In this document: piece after piece, positions 1 to 12,947 of the stretch
How positions within the stretch are numbered: position 1 is the stretch's first letter
How the letters are laid out: each line of letters starts with the position of its first letter
DNA from: Auanema rhodensis
Lineage: Eukaryota; Animalia; Nematoda
Direction: 5' to 3'
Length of the DNA: 64,000 bases
Assembly (NCBI GenBank): GCA_964057225.1
Contig: OZ059899.1
Location: 10,478,001 to 10,542,000 of the forward strand
The notes under the pieces: model-generated
What the model saw: the letters and a program-made list of their open reading frames with translations, nothing else
Databases searched by the model: none
Told to the model about the DNA's origin: nothing
Made by a program: the position numbers and the translations under genes

Positions 1-3000
1 ATAACGTTTCCAGGATGTCAATGATATCGAATCTAGTGATATTGTAGAAAAATGTAATGTCAGCTCCATAGGTTTTCTCTTAATTTCTCTCAACACAATT
101 GTCTTAGTTTTTTTCTCATAAGAGTTTCTGAATTCTTAGGTGAACAAGGCCGTATATATTTTTTTCTGGAATTCGAAAGCATTTGGGATGGAAATTAGAA
201 AGAAAAGAACTAGTTTTTCCTACTTTAAAACAAACAATAAGAAATAAAATAAAAAAGATTGTTAGATATCTAATTTAAACTTATACATTTACTTCGATAA
301 AGAGCCTATTAGTTTGAAATTTTATGTCTTACAGTTCTCCAACAGAACAGACTGATCCTGATTTCTCTATGATTACATAAAACTCTCGTTTGATATAAAA
401 AAAGAAGAGGAATAACGTTTCCAGGATGTCAATGATATCGAATCTAGTGATATTGTAGAAAAATGTAATGTCAGCTCCATAGGTTTTCTCTTAATTTCTC
501 TCATCACAATTGTCTTAGTTTTTTTTCTCATAAGAGTTTCTGAAATCTTAGGTGAACAAGGCCGTATATATTTTTTTCTGGAATTCGAAAACATTTGGGA
601 TGGAAATTAGAAAGAAAAGAACTAGTTTTTCCTACTTTAAAACAAACAATAAGAAATAAAATAAAAAAGATTGTTAGATATCCAATTTAAACTTATACAT
701 TTACTTCGATAAAGAGCCTATTAGTTTGAAATTTTATGTCTTACAGTTCTCCAACAGAACAGACTGATCCTGATTTCTCTATGATTACATAAAACTCTCG
801 TTTGATATACAAAAAGGAGAGGAATAACGTTTCCAGGATATCAATGATATCGAATCTAGTGATATTGTAGAAAAATGTAATGTCAGCTTCATAGTTTTTC
901 TCTTAATTTCTCTCATCACAATAGTCTTATTTTTTTTTCATAAGAGTTTCTGAAATCTTAGTTGAACAAGGCCGTATATATTTTTTTCTGGAATTCGAAA
1001 GCATTTGGGATGGATATTAGAAGGAAAAGAACTAGTTTTTCCTACTTTAAAACAAACAATAAGAAATAAAATAAAAAAGATTGTTAGATATCCAATTTAA
1101 ACTTATACATTTACTTCGATAAAGAGCCTATTAGTTTGAAATTTTATGTCTTACAGTTCTCCAACAGAACAGACTGATCCTGATTTCTCTATGATTACAT
1201 ACAATTCTCGTTTGATATAAAAAAAGAAGAGGAATAACGTTTCCAGGATGTCAATGATATCGAATCTAGTGATATTGTAAAAAAATGTAATGTCAGCTCC
1301 ATAGGTTTTCTCTTAATTTCTCTCATCACAATTGTCTTAGTTTTTTTTCTCATAAGAGTTTCTGAAATCTTAGGTGAACAAGGCCGTATATATTTTTTTC
1401 TGGAATTCGAAAGCATTTGGATGGAAATTAGAAAGAAAAGAACTAGTTTTTCCTACTTTAAAACGAACAATAAGAAATAAAATAAAAAAGATTGTTAGAT
1501 ATCCAATTTAAACTTATACATTTACTTCGATAAAGAGCCTATTAGTTTGAAATTTTATGTCTTACAGTTCTCCAACAGAACAGACTGATCCTGATTTCTC
1601 TATGATTACATAAAACTCTCGTTTGATATGAAAAAAGAAGAGGAATAACGTTTCCAGGATGTCAATGATATCGAATCTAGTGATATTGTAAAAAAATGTA
1701 ATGTCAGCTCCATAGGTTTTCTCTTAATTTCTCTCATCACAATTGTCTTAGTTTTTTTTCTCATAAGAGTTTCTGAAATCTTAGGTGAACAAGGCCGTAT
1801 ATATTTTTTTCTGGAATTCGAAAGCATTTGGGATGGAAATTAGAAAGAAAAGAACCAGTTTTTCCTACTTTAAAACAAACAATAAGAAATAAAATAAAAA
1901 AGATTGTTAGATATCCAATTTAAACTTATACACTTACTTCGATAAAGAGCCTATTAGTTTGAAATTTTATGTCTTACAGTTCTCCAACAGAACAGACTGA
2001 TCCTGATTTCTCTATGATTATATAAAACTCTCGTTTGATATAAAAAAAGAAGAGGAATAACGTTTCCAGGATGTCAATGATATCGAATCTAGTGATATTG
2101 TAGAAAAATGTAATGTCAGCTCCATAGGTTTTCTCTTAATTTCTCTCATCACAATTGTCTTAGTTTTTTTTCTCCTAAGAATTTCTGAAATCTTAGGTGA
2201 ACAAGGCCGTATATATTTTTTTCTGGAATTCGAAAGCATTTGGGATGGAAATTAGAAAGAAAAAAACTAGTTTTTCCTACTTTAAAACAAACAATAAGAA
2301 ATAAAATAAAAAAGATTGTTAGATATCCAATTTAAACTTATACATTTACTTCGATAAAGAGCCTATTAGTTTGAAATTTTATGTCTTACAGTTCTCCAAC
2401 AGAACAGACTGATCCTGATTTCTCTATGATTATATAAAATTCTCGTTTGATATAAAAAAAGAAGAGGAATAACGTTTCCAGGATGTCAATGATATCGAAT
2501 CTAGTGATATTGTAGAAAAATGTAATGTCAGCTCCATAGGTTTTCTCTTAATTTCTCTCATCACAATTGTCTTAGTTTTTTTTCTCATAAGAGTTTCTGA
2601 AATCTTAGGTGAACAAGGCCGTATATATTTTTTTCTGGAATTCGAAAGCATTTGGGATGGAAATTAGAAAGAAAAGAACTAGTTTTTCCTACTTTAAAAC
2701 AAACAATAAGAAATAAAATAAAAAAGATTGTTAGATATCCAATTTAAACTTATACATTTACTTCGATAAAGAGCCTATTAGTTTGAAATTTTATGTCTTA
2801 CAGTTCTCCAACAGAACAGACTGATCCTGATTTCTCTATGATTACATAAAACTCTCGTTTGATATAATAAAAGAAGAGGAATAACGTTTCCAGGATGTCA
2901 ATGATATCGAATCTAGTGATATTGTAGAAAAATGTAATGTCAGCTCCATAGGTTTTCTCTTAATTTCTCTCATCACAATTGTCTTAGTTTTTTTCTCATA

Positions 3001-4681
3001 AGAGTTTCTGAAATCTTAGGTGAACAAGGCCGTATATATTTTTTTCTGGAATTCGAAAGCATTTGGGATGGAAATTAGAAAGAAAAGAACTAGTTTTTCC
3101 TACTTTAAAACGAACAATAAGAAATAAAATAAAAAAGATTGTTAGATATCCAATTTAAACTTATACATTTACTTCGATAAAGAGCCTATTAGTTTGAAAT
3201 TTTATGTCTTACAGTTCTCCAACAGAACAGACTGATCCTGATTTCTCTATGATTATATAAAATTCTCGTTTGATATAAAAAAAGAAGAGGAATAACGTTT
3301 CCAGGATGTCAATGATATCGAATCTAGTGATATTGTAAAAAAATGTAATGTCAGCTCCATAGGTTTTCTCTTAATTTCTCTCATCACAATTGTCTTAGTT
3401 TTTTTTCTCATAAGAGTTTCTGAAATCTTAGGTGAACAAGGCCGTATATATTTTTTTCTGGAATTCGAAAGCATTTGGGATGGAAATTAGAAAGAAAAGA
3501 ACCAGTTTTTCCTACTTTAAAACAAACAATAAGAAATAAAATAAAAAAGATTGTTAGATATCCAATTTAAACTTATACACTTACTTCGATAAAGAGCCTA
3601 TTAGTTTGAAATTTTATGTCTTACAGTTCTCCAACAGAACAGACTGATCCTGATTTCTCTATGATTATATAAAACTCTCGTTTGATATAAAAAAAGAAGA
3701 GGAATAACGTTTCCAGGATGTCAATGATATCGAATCTAGTGATATTGTAGAAAAATGTAATGTCAGCTCCATAGGTTTTCTCTTAATTTCTCTCATCACA
3801 ATTGTCTTAGTTTTTTTTCTCCTAAGAATTTCTGAAATCTTAGGTGAACAAGGCCGTATATATTTTTTTCTGGAATTCGAAAGCATTTGGGATGGAAATT
3901 AGAAAGAAAAAAACTAGTTTTTCCTACTTTAAAACAAACAATAAGAAATAAAATAAAAAAGATTGTTAGATATCCAATTTAAACTTATACATTTACTTCG
4001 ATAAAGAGCCTATTAGTTTGAAATTTTATGTCTTACAGTTCTCCAACAGAACAGACTGATCCTGATTTCTCTATGATTATATAAAATTCTCGTTTGATAT
4101 AAAAAAAGAAGAGGAATAACGTTTCCAGGATGTCAATGATATCGAATCTAGTGATATTGTAGAAAAATGTAATGTCAGCTCCATAGGTTTTCTCTTAATT
4201 TCTCTCATCACAATTGTCTTAGTTTTTTTCTCATAAGAGTTTCTGAAATCTTAGGTGAACAAGGCCGTATATATTTTTTTCTGGAATTCGAAAGCATTTG
4301 GGATGGAAATTAGAAAGAAAAGAACTAGTTTTTCCTATTTTAAAACAAACAAAAAAAAATAAAATGAAAAAGATTGTTAGATATCCAATTTAAACTTATA
4401 CATTTACTTCGATAAAGAGCCTATTAGTTTGAAATTTTATGTCTTACAGTTCTCCAACAGAACAGACTGATCCTGATTTCTCTATGATTACATAAAACTC
4501 TCGTTTGATATAAAAAAAGAAGAGGAATAACGTTTCCAGGATGTCAATGATATCGAATCTAGTGATATTGTAGAAAAATGTAATGTCAGCTCCATAGGTT
4601 TTCTCTTAATTTCTCTCATCACAATAGTCTTAGTTTTTTTTCTCATAAGAGTTTCTGAAATCCTAGTTGAACAAGGCCGCG

Positions 4682-4692
4682 TGGCGCAATGG
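4682..4692 (+). promoter_or_regulatory. Pol III type 2 internal promoter A box (representative; equivalent in each tRNA copy)
   Basis: TGGCGCAATGG fits TRGCNNARYGG. Confidence 0.85.
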
Positions 4693-4725
4693 ATAACGCG
4701 TCTGCCTACGGAGCAGAAGATTGTA

Positions 4726-4736
4726 GGTTCGAATCC
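4726..4736 (+). promoter_or_regulatory. Pol III B box (representative; intact in all 30 copies)
   Basis: GGTTCGAATCC fits GGTTCGANTCC. Confidence 0.9.
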
Positions 4737-4751
4737 TGACGTGGTCGTAAA

Positions 4752-4758
4752 TTTTTTT
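4752..4758 (+). terminator. Pol III oligo-dT terminator (representative; T7 or T8 after every tRNA copy)
   Basis: The tRNA 3' end is followed by TAAA then TTTTTTT. Confidence 0.85.
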
Positions 4759-6107
4759 CATTTCACTTGTCATTTACAAAAATCAAATTTATCTTCTTCA
4801 ACGATTATTTTTGCAATGTGTCATAAAAATTTCACAGTTGAACAAAACGTTTTTTAAGAATTTTTTTTGTTGTCAACATATATATTTTCCTGGAATTCGA
4901 AAGCATTTGGGATGGAAATTAGAAAGAAAAGAACTAGTTTTTCCTATTTTAAAACAAACAAAAAAAAAATAAAATGAAAAAGATTGTTAGATATCCAATT
5001 TAAACTTATACATTTACTTCGATAAAGAGCCTATTAGTTTGAAATTTTATGTCTTACAGTTCTCCAACAGAACAGACTGATCCTGATTTCTCTATGATTA
5101 CATAAAACTCTCGTTTGATATAAAAAAAGAAGAGGAATAACGTTTCCAGGATGTCAATGATATCGAATCTAGTGATATTGTAAAAAAATGTAATGTCAGC
5201 TCCATAGGTTTTCTCTTAATTTCTCTCATCACAATTGTCTTAGTTTTTTTTCTCATAAGAGTTTCTGAAATTTTAGGTGAACAAGGCCGTATATATTTTT
5301 TTCTGGAATTCGAAAGCATTTGGGATGGAAATTAGAAAAAAAAGAACTAGTTTTTCCTACTTTAAAACAAACAATAAGAAATAAAATAAAAAAGATTGTT
5401 AGATATCCAATTTAAACTTATACATTTACTTCGATAAAGAGCCTATTAGTTTGAAATTTTATGTCTTACAGTTCTCCAACAGAACAGACTGATCCTGATT
5501 TCTCTATGATTACATAAAACTCTCGTTTGATATAAAAAAAGAAGAAGAATAACGTTTCCAGGATGTCAATGATATCGAATCTAGTGATATTGTAAAAAAA
5601 TGTAATGTCAGCTCCATAGGTTTTCTCTTAATTTCTCTCATCACAATTGTCTTAGTTTTTTTCTCATAAGAGTTTCTGAAATCTTAGGTGAACAAGGCCG
5701 TATATATTTTTTTCTGGAATTCGAAAGCATTTGGGATGGAAATTAGAAGGAAAAGAACTAGTTTTTCCTACTTTAAAACAAACAATAAGAAATAAAATAA
5801 AAAAGATTGTTAGATATCCAATTTAAACTTATACATTTACTTTGATAAAGAGCCTATTAGTTTGAAATTTTATGTCTTACAGTTCTCCAACAGAACAGAC
5901 TGATCCTGATTTCTCTATGATTACATAAAACTCTCGTTTGATATAAAAAAAGAAGAGGAATAACGTTTCCAGGATGTCAATGATATCGAATCTAGTGATA
6001 TTGTAGAAAAATGTAATGTCAGCTCCATAGGTTTTCTCTTAATTTCTCTCATCACAATAGTCTTAGTTTTTTTTCTCATAAGAGTTTCTGAAATCCTAGT
6101 TGAACAA

Positions 6108-6180
6108 GGCCGCGTGGCGCAATGGATAACGCGTCTGCCTACGGAGCAGAAGATTGTAGGTTCGAATCCTGACGTGGTCG
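6108..6180 (+). tRNA. tRNA-Arg(ACG), T-stem variant C65A
   Basis: Same gene, CCTGA in T-stem. Confidence 0.85.
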
Positions 6181-8775
6181 TAAATTTTTTTCATTTCACT
6201 TGTCATTTACAAAAATCAAATTTATCTTCTTCAACGATTATTTTTGCAATGTGTCATAAAAATTTCACAGTTGAACAAAACGTTTTTTAAGAATTTTTTT
6301 TGTTGTCAACATATATATTTTCCTGGAATTCGAAAGCATTTGGGATGGAAATTAGAAAGAAAAGAACTAGTTTTTCCTATTTTAAAACAAACAAAAAAAA
6401 AATAAAATGAAAAAGATTGTTAGATATCCAATTTAAACTTATACATTTACTTCGATAAAGAGCCTATTAGTTTGAAATTTTATGTCTTACAGTTCTCCAA
6501 CAGAACAGACTGATCCTGATTTCTCTATGATTACATAAAACTCTCGTTTGATATAAAAAAAGAAGAGGAATAACGTTTCCAGGATGTCAATGATATCGAA
6601 TCTAGTGATATTGTAAAAAAATGTAATGTCAGCTCCATAGGTTTTCTCTTAATTTCTCTCATCACAATTGTCTTAGTTTTTTTTCTCATAAGAGTTTCTG
6701 AAATTTTAGGTGAACAAGGCCGTATATATTTTTTTCTGGAATTCGAAAGCATTTGGGATGGAAATTAGAAAAAAAAGAACTAGTTTTTCCTACTTTAAAA
6801 CAAACAATAAGAAATAAAATAAAAAAGATTGTTAGATATCCAATTTAAACTTATACATTTACTTCGATAAAGAGCCTATTAGTTTGAAATTTTATGTCTT
6901 ACAGTTCTCCAACAGAACAGACTGATCCTGATTTCTCTATGATTACATAAAACTCTCGTTTGATATAAAAAAAGAAGAAGAATAACGTTTCCAGGATGTC
7001 AATGATATCGAATCTAGTGATATTGTAAAAAAATGTAATGTCAGCTCCATAGGTTTTCTCTTAATTTCTCTCATCACAATTGTCTTAGTTTTTTTCTCAT
7101 AAGAGTTTCTGAAATCTTAGGTGAACAAGGCCGTATATATTTTTTTCTGGAATTCGAAAGCATTTGGGATGGAAATTAGAAGGAAAAGAACTAGTTTTTC
7201 CTACTTTAAAACAAACAATAAGAAATAAAATAAAAAAGATTGTTAGATATCCAATTTAAACTTATACATTTACTTTGATAAAGAGCCTATTAGTTTGAAA
7301 TTTTATGTCTTACAGTTCTCCAACAGAACAGACTGATCCTGATTTCTCTATGATTACATAAAACTCTCGTTTGATATAAAAAAAGAAGAGGAATAACGTT
7401 TCCAGGATGTCAATGATATCGAATCTAGTGATATTGTAGAAAAATGTAATGTCAGCTCCATAGGTTTTCTCTTAATTTCTCTCATCACAATTGTCTTAGT
7501 TTTTTTTCTCCTAAGAGTTTCTGAAATCTTGGGTGAACAAGGCCGTATATATTTTTTTCTGGAATTCGAAAGCATTTGGGATGGAAATTAGAAAGAAAAA
7601 AACTAGTTTTTCCTACTTCAAAACAAACAATAAGAAATAAAATAAAAAAGATTGTTAGATATCCAATTTAAACTTATACATTTACTTCGATAAAGAGCCT
7701 ATTAGTTTGAAATTTTATGTCTTACAGTTCTCCAACAGAACAGACTGATCCTGATTTCTCTATGATTATATAAAACTCTCGTTTGATATAAAAAAAGAAG
7801 AGGAATAACGTTTCCAGGATGTCAATGATATCGAATCTAGTGATATTGTAGAAAAATGTAATGTCAGCTCCATAGGTTTTCTCTTAATTTCTCTCATCAC
7901 AATTGTCTTAGTTTTTTTTCTCATAAGAGTTTCTGAAATCTTAGGTGAACAAGGCCGTATATATTTTTTTCTGGAATTCGAAAGCATTTGGGATGGAAAT
8001 TAGAAAGAAAAGAACTAGTTTTTCCTACTTTAAAACAAACAATAAGAAATAAAATAAAAAAGATTGTTAGATATCCAATTTAAACTTATACATTTACTTC
8101 GATAAAGAGCCTATTAGTTTGAAATTTTATGTCTTACAGTTCTCCAACAGAACAGACTGATCCTGATTTCTCTATGATTACATAAAACTCTCGTTTGATA
8201 TAATAAAAGAAGAGGAATAACGTTTCCAGGATGTCAATGATATCGAATCTAGTGATATTGTAGAAAAATGTAATGTCAGCTCCATAGGTTTTCTCTTAAT
8301 TTCTCTCATCACAATTGTCTTAGTTTTTTTCTCATAAGAGTTTCTGAAATCTTAGGTGAACAAGGCCGTATATATTTTTTTCTGGAATTCGAAAGCATTT
8401 GGGATGGAAATTAGAAAGAAAAGAACTAGTTTTTCCTATTTTAAAACAAACAAAAAAAAATAAAATGAAAAAGATTGTTAGATATCCAATTTAAACTTAT
8501 ACATTTACTTCGATAAAGAGCCTATTAGTTTGAAATTTTATGTCTTACAGTTCTCCAACAGAACAGACTGATCCTGATTTCTCTATGATTACATAAAACT
8601 CTCGTTTGATATAAAAAAAGAAGAGGAATAACGTTTCCAGGATGTCAATGATATCGAATCTAGTGATATTGTAGAAAAATGTAATGTCAGCTCCATAGGT
8701 TTTCTCTTAATTTCTCTCATCACAATAGTCTTAGTTTTTTTTCTCATAAGAGTTTCTGAAATCCTAGTTGAACAA

Positions 8776-8848
8776 GGCCGCGTGGCGCAATGGATAACGC
8801 GTCTGCCTACGGAGCAGAAGATTGTAGGTTCGAATCCTGACGTGGTCG
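8776..8848 (+). tRNA. tRNA-Arg(ACG), T-stem variant C65A
   Basis: Same gene, CCTGA in T-stem. Confidence 0.85.
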
Positions 8849-10208
8849 TAAATTTTTTTCATTTCACTTGTCATTTACAAAAATCAAATTTATCTTCTTC
8901 AACGATTATTTTTGCAATGTGTCATAAAAATTTCACAGTTGAACAAAACGTTTTTTAAGAATTTTTTTTGTTGTCAACATATATATTTTCCTGGAATTCG
9001 AAAGCATTTGGGATGGAAATTAGAAAGAAAAGAACTAGTTTTTCCTATTTTAAAACAAACAAAAAAAAATAAAATGAAAAAGATTGTTAGATATCCAATT
9101 TAAACTTATACATTTACTTCGATAAAGAGCCTATTAGTTTGAAATTTTATGTCTTACAGTTCTCCAACAGAACAGACTGATCCTGATTTCTCTATGATTA
9201 CATAAAACTCTCGTTTGATATAATAAAAGAAGAGGAATAACGTTTCCAGGATGTCAATGATATCGAATCTAGTGATATTGTAGAAAAATGTAATGTCAGC
9301 TCCATAGGTTTTCTCTTAATTTCTCTCATCACAATTGTCTTAGTTTTTTTTCTCATTAGAGTTTCTGAAATCTTAGGTGAACAAGGCCGTATATATTTTT
9401 TTCTGGAATTCGAAAGCATTTGGGATGGAAATTAGAAAAAAAAGAACTAGTTTTTCCTACTTTAAAACAAACAATAAGAAATAAAATAAAAAAGATTGTT
9501 AGATATCCAATTTGAACTTATACATTTACTTCGATAAAGAGCCTATTAGTTTGAAATTTTATGTCTTACAGTTCTCCAACAGAACAGACTGATCCTGATT
9601 TCTCTATGATTACATAAAACTCTCGTTTGATATAAAAAAAGAAGAGGAATAACGTTTCCAGGATGTCAATGATATCGAATCTAGTGATATTGTAAAAAAA
9701 TGTAATGTCAGCTCCATAGGTTTTCTCTTAATTTCTCTCATCACAATTGTCTTAGTTTTTTTTCTCATAAGAGTTTCTGAAATTTTAGGTGAACAAGGCC
9801 GTATATATTTTTTTCTGGAATTCGAAAGCATTTGGGATGGAAATTAGAAAAAAAAGAACTAGTTTTTCCTACTTTAAAACAAACAATAAGAAATAAAATA
9901 AAAAAGATTGTTAGATATCCAATTTAAACTTATACATTTACTTCGATAAAGAGCCTATTAGTTTGAAATTTTATGTCTTACAGTTCTCCAACAGAACAGA
10001 CTGATCCTGATTTCTCTATGATTACATAAAACTCTCGTTTGATATACAAAAAGGAGAGGAATAACGTTTCCAGGATATCAATGATATCGAATCTAGTGAT
10101 ATTGTAGAAAAATGTAATGTCAGCTCCATAGGTTTTCTCTTAATTTCTCTCATCACAATAGTCTTAGTTTTTTTTCTCATAAGAGTTTCTGAAATCCTAG
10201 TTGAACAA

Positions 10209-10281
10209 GGCCGCGTGGCGCAATGGATAACGCGTCTGCCTACGGAGCAGAAGATTGTAGGTTCGAATCCTGCCGTGGTCG
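10209..10281 (+). tRNA. tRNA-Arg(ACG), canonical
   Basis: Acceptor GGCCGCG/CGTGGTC + G73; D arm GCG..CGC with loop AATGGATA; anticodon stem TCTGC/GCAGA with loop CT-ACG-GA; variable AGATT; T arm GTAGG-TTCGAAT-CCTGC; 73 nt, no CCA, no intron. Confidence 0.97.
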
Positions 10282-12874
10282 TAAATTTTTTTCATTTCAC
10301 TTGTCATTTACAAAAATCAAATTTATCTTCTTCAACGATTATTTTTGCAATGTGTCATAAAAATTTCACAGTTGAACAAAACGTTTTTTAAGAATTTTTT
10401 TTGTTGTCAACATATATATTTTCCTGGAATTCGAAAGCATTTGGGATGGAAATTAGAAAGAAAAGAACTAGTTTTTCCTATTTTAAAACAAACAAAAAAA
10501 ATAAAATGAAAAAGATTGTTAGATATCCAATTTAAACTTATACATTTACTTCGATAAAGAGCCTATTAGTTTGAAATTTTATGTCTTACAGTTCTCCAAC
10601 AGAACAGACTGATCCTGATTTCTCTATGATTACATAAAACTCTCGTTTGATATAAAAAAAGAAGAGGAATAACGTTTCCAGGATGTCAATGATATCGAAT
10701 CTAGTGATATTGTAAAAAAATGTAATGTCAGCTCCATAGGTTTTCTCTTAATTTCTCTCATCACAATTGTCTTAGTTTTTTTTCTCATAAGAGTTTCTGA
10801 AATTTTAGGTGAACAAGGCCGTATATATTTTTTTCTGGAATTCGAAAGCATTTGGGATGGAAATTAGAAAAAAAAGAACTAGTTTTTCCTACTTTAAAAC
10901 AAACAATAAGAAATAAAATAAAAAAGATTGTTAGATATCCAATTTAAACTTATACATTTACTTCGATAAAGAGCCTATTAGTTTGAAATTTTATGTCTTA
11001 CAGTTCTCCAACAGAACAGACTGATCCTGATTTCTCTATGATTACATAAAACTCTCGTTTGATATAAAAAAAGAAGAAGAATAACGTTTCCAGGATGTCA
11101 ATGATATCGAATCTAGTGATATTGTAAAAAAATGTAATGTCAGCTCCATAGGTTTTCTCTTAATTTCTCTCATCACAATTGTCTTAGTTTTTTTCTCATA
11201 AGAGTTTCTGAAATCTTAGGTGAACAAGGCCGTATATATTTTTTTCTGGAATTCGAAAGCATTTGGGATGGAAATTAGAAGGAAAAGAACTAGTTTTTCC
11301 TACTTTAAAACAAACAATAAGAAATAAAATAAAAAAGATTGTTAGATATCCAATTTAAACTTATACATTTACTTTGATAAAGAGCCTATTAGTTTGAAAT
11401 TTTATGTCTTACAGTTCTCCAACAGAACAGACTGATCCTGATTTCTCTATGATTACATAAAACTCTCGTTTGATATAAAAAAAGAAGAGGAATAACGTTT
11501 CCAGGATGTCAATGATATCGAATCTAGTGATATTGTAGAAAAATGTAATGTCAGCTCCATAGGTTTTCTCTTAATTTCTCTCATCACAATTGTCTTAGTT
11601 TTTTTTCTCCTAAGAGTTTCTGAAATCTTGGGTGAACAAGGCCGTATATATTTTTTTCTGGAATTCGAAAGCATTTGGGATGGAAATTAGAAAGAAAAAA
11701 ACTAGTTTTTCCTACTTCAAAACAAACAATAAGAAATAAAATAAAAAAGATTGTTAGATATCCAATTTAAACTTATACATTTACTTCGATAAAGAGCCTA
11801 TTAGTTTGAAATTTTATGTCTTACAGTTCTCCAACAGAACAGACTGATCCTGATTTCTCTATGATTATATAAAACTCTCGTTTGATATAAAAAAAGAAGA
11901 GGAATAACGTTTCCAGGATGTCAATGATATCGAATCTAGTGATATTGTAGAAAAATGTAATGTCAGCTCCATAGGTTTTCTCTTAATTTCTCTCATCACA
12001 ATTGTCTTAGTTTTTTTTCTCATAAGAGTTTCTGAAATCTTAGGTGAACAAGGCCGTATATATTTTTTTCTGGAATTCGAAAGCATTTGGGATGGAAATT
12101 AGAAAGAAAAGAACTAGTTTTTCCTACTTTAAAACAAACAATAAGAAATAAAATAAAAAAGATTGTTAGATATCCAATTTAAACTTATACATTTACTTCG
12201 ATAAAGAGCCTATTAGTTTGAAATTTTATGTCTTACAGTTCTCCAACAGAACAGACTGATCCTGATTTCTCTATGATTACATAAAACTCTCGTTTGATAT
12301 AATAAAAGAAGAGGAATAACGTTTCCAGGATGTCAATGATATCGAATCTAGTGATATTGTAGAAAAATGTAATGTCAGCTCCATAGGTTTTCTCTTAATT
12401 TCTCTCATCACAATTGTCTTAGTTTTTTTCTCATAAGAGTTTCTGAAATCTTAGGTGAACAAGGCCGTATATATTTTTTTCTGGAATTCGAAAGCATTTG
12501 GGATGGAAATTAGAAAGAAAAGAACTAGTTTTTCCTATTTTAAAACAAACAAAAAAAAATAAAATGAAAAAGATTGTTAGATATCCAATTTAAACTTATA
12601 CATTTACTTCGATAAAGAGCCTATTAGTTTGAAATTTTATGTCTTACAGTTCTCCAACAGAACAGACTGATCCTGATTTCTCTATGATTACATAAAACTC
12701 TCGTTTGATATAAAAAAAGAAGAGGAATAACGTTTCCAGGATGTCAATGATATCGAATCTAGTGATATTGTAGAAAAATGTAATGTCAGCTCCATAGGTT
12801 TTCTCTTAATTTCTCTCATCACAATAGTCTTAGTTTTTTTTCTCATAAGAGTTTCTGAAATCCTAGTTGAACAA

Positions 12875-12947
12875 GGCCGCGTGGCGCAATGGATAACGCG
12901 TCTGCCTACGGAGCAGAAGATTGTAGGTTCGAATCCTGACGTGGTCG
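12875..12947 (+). tRNA. tRNA-Arg(ACG), T-stem variant C65A
   Basis: Same gene, CCTGA in T-stem. Confidence 0.85.

Larger units (their letters stand above)
4675..4747 (+). tRNA. tRNA-Arg(ACG), T-stem variant C65A (G49:A65 mismatch)
   Basis: Cloverleaf as in the canonical copy, but the 3' T-stem reads CCTGA (A at 4739). Confidence 0.85.

Noticed and set aside
614-632. AACTAGTT-centred palindrome
   Set aside because: Only 8 bp are perfect, in A/T-rich DNA, and it is disrupted in some units (AACCAGTT). No function can be supported.
412-823. Additional ncRNA (5S, SL RNA, snRNA), piRNA Ruby motif or telomeric repeat in the backbone
   Set aside because: I could not see 5S internal boxes, the SL1 leader, CTGTTTCA or TTAGGC runs; there are only short GTTTC cores, as expected by chance. 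An Infernal/Rfam scan would be decisive.
4675-4878. tRNA-derived SINE insertion
   Set aside because: The tRNA is full length and undiverged with an immediate T7 terminator. There is no tail or target-site duplication, and it is always at the same position in the unit.
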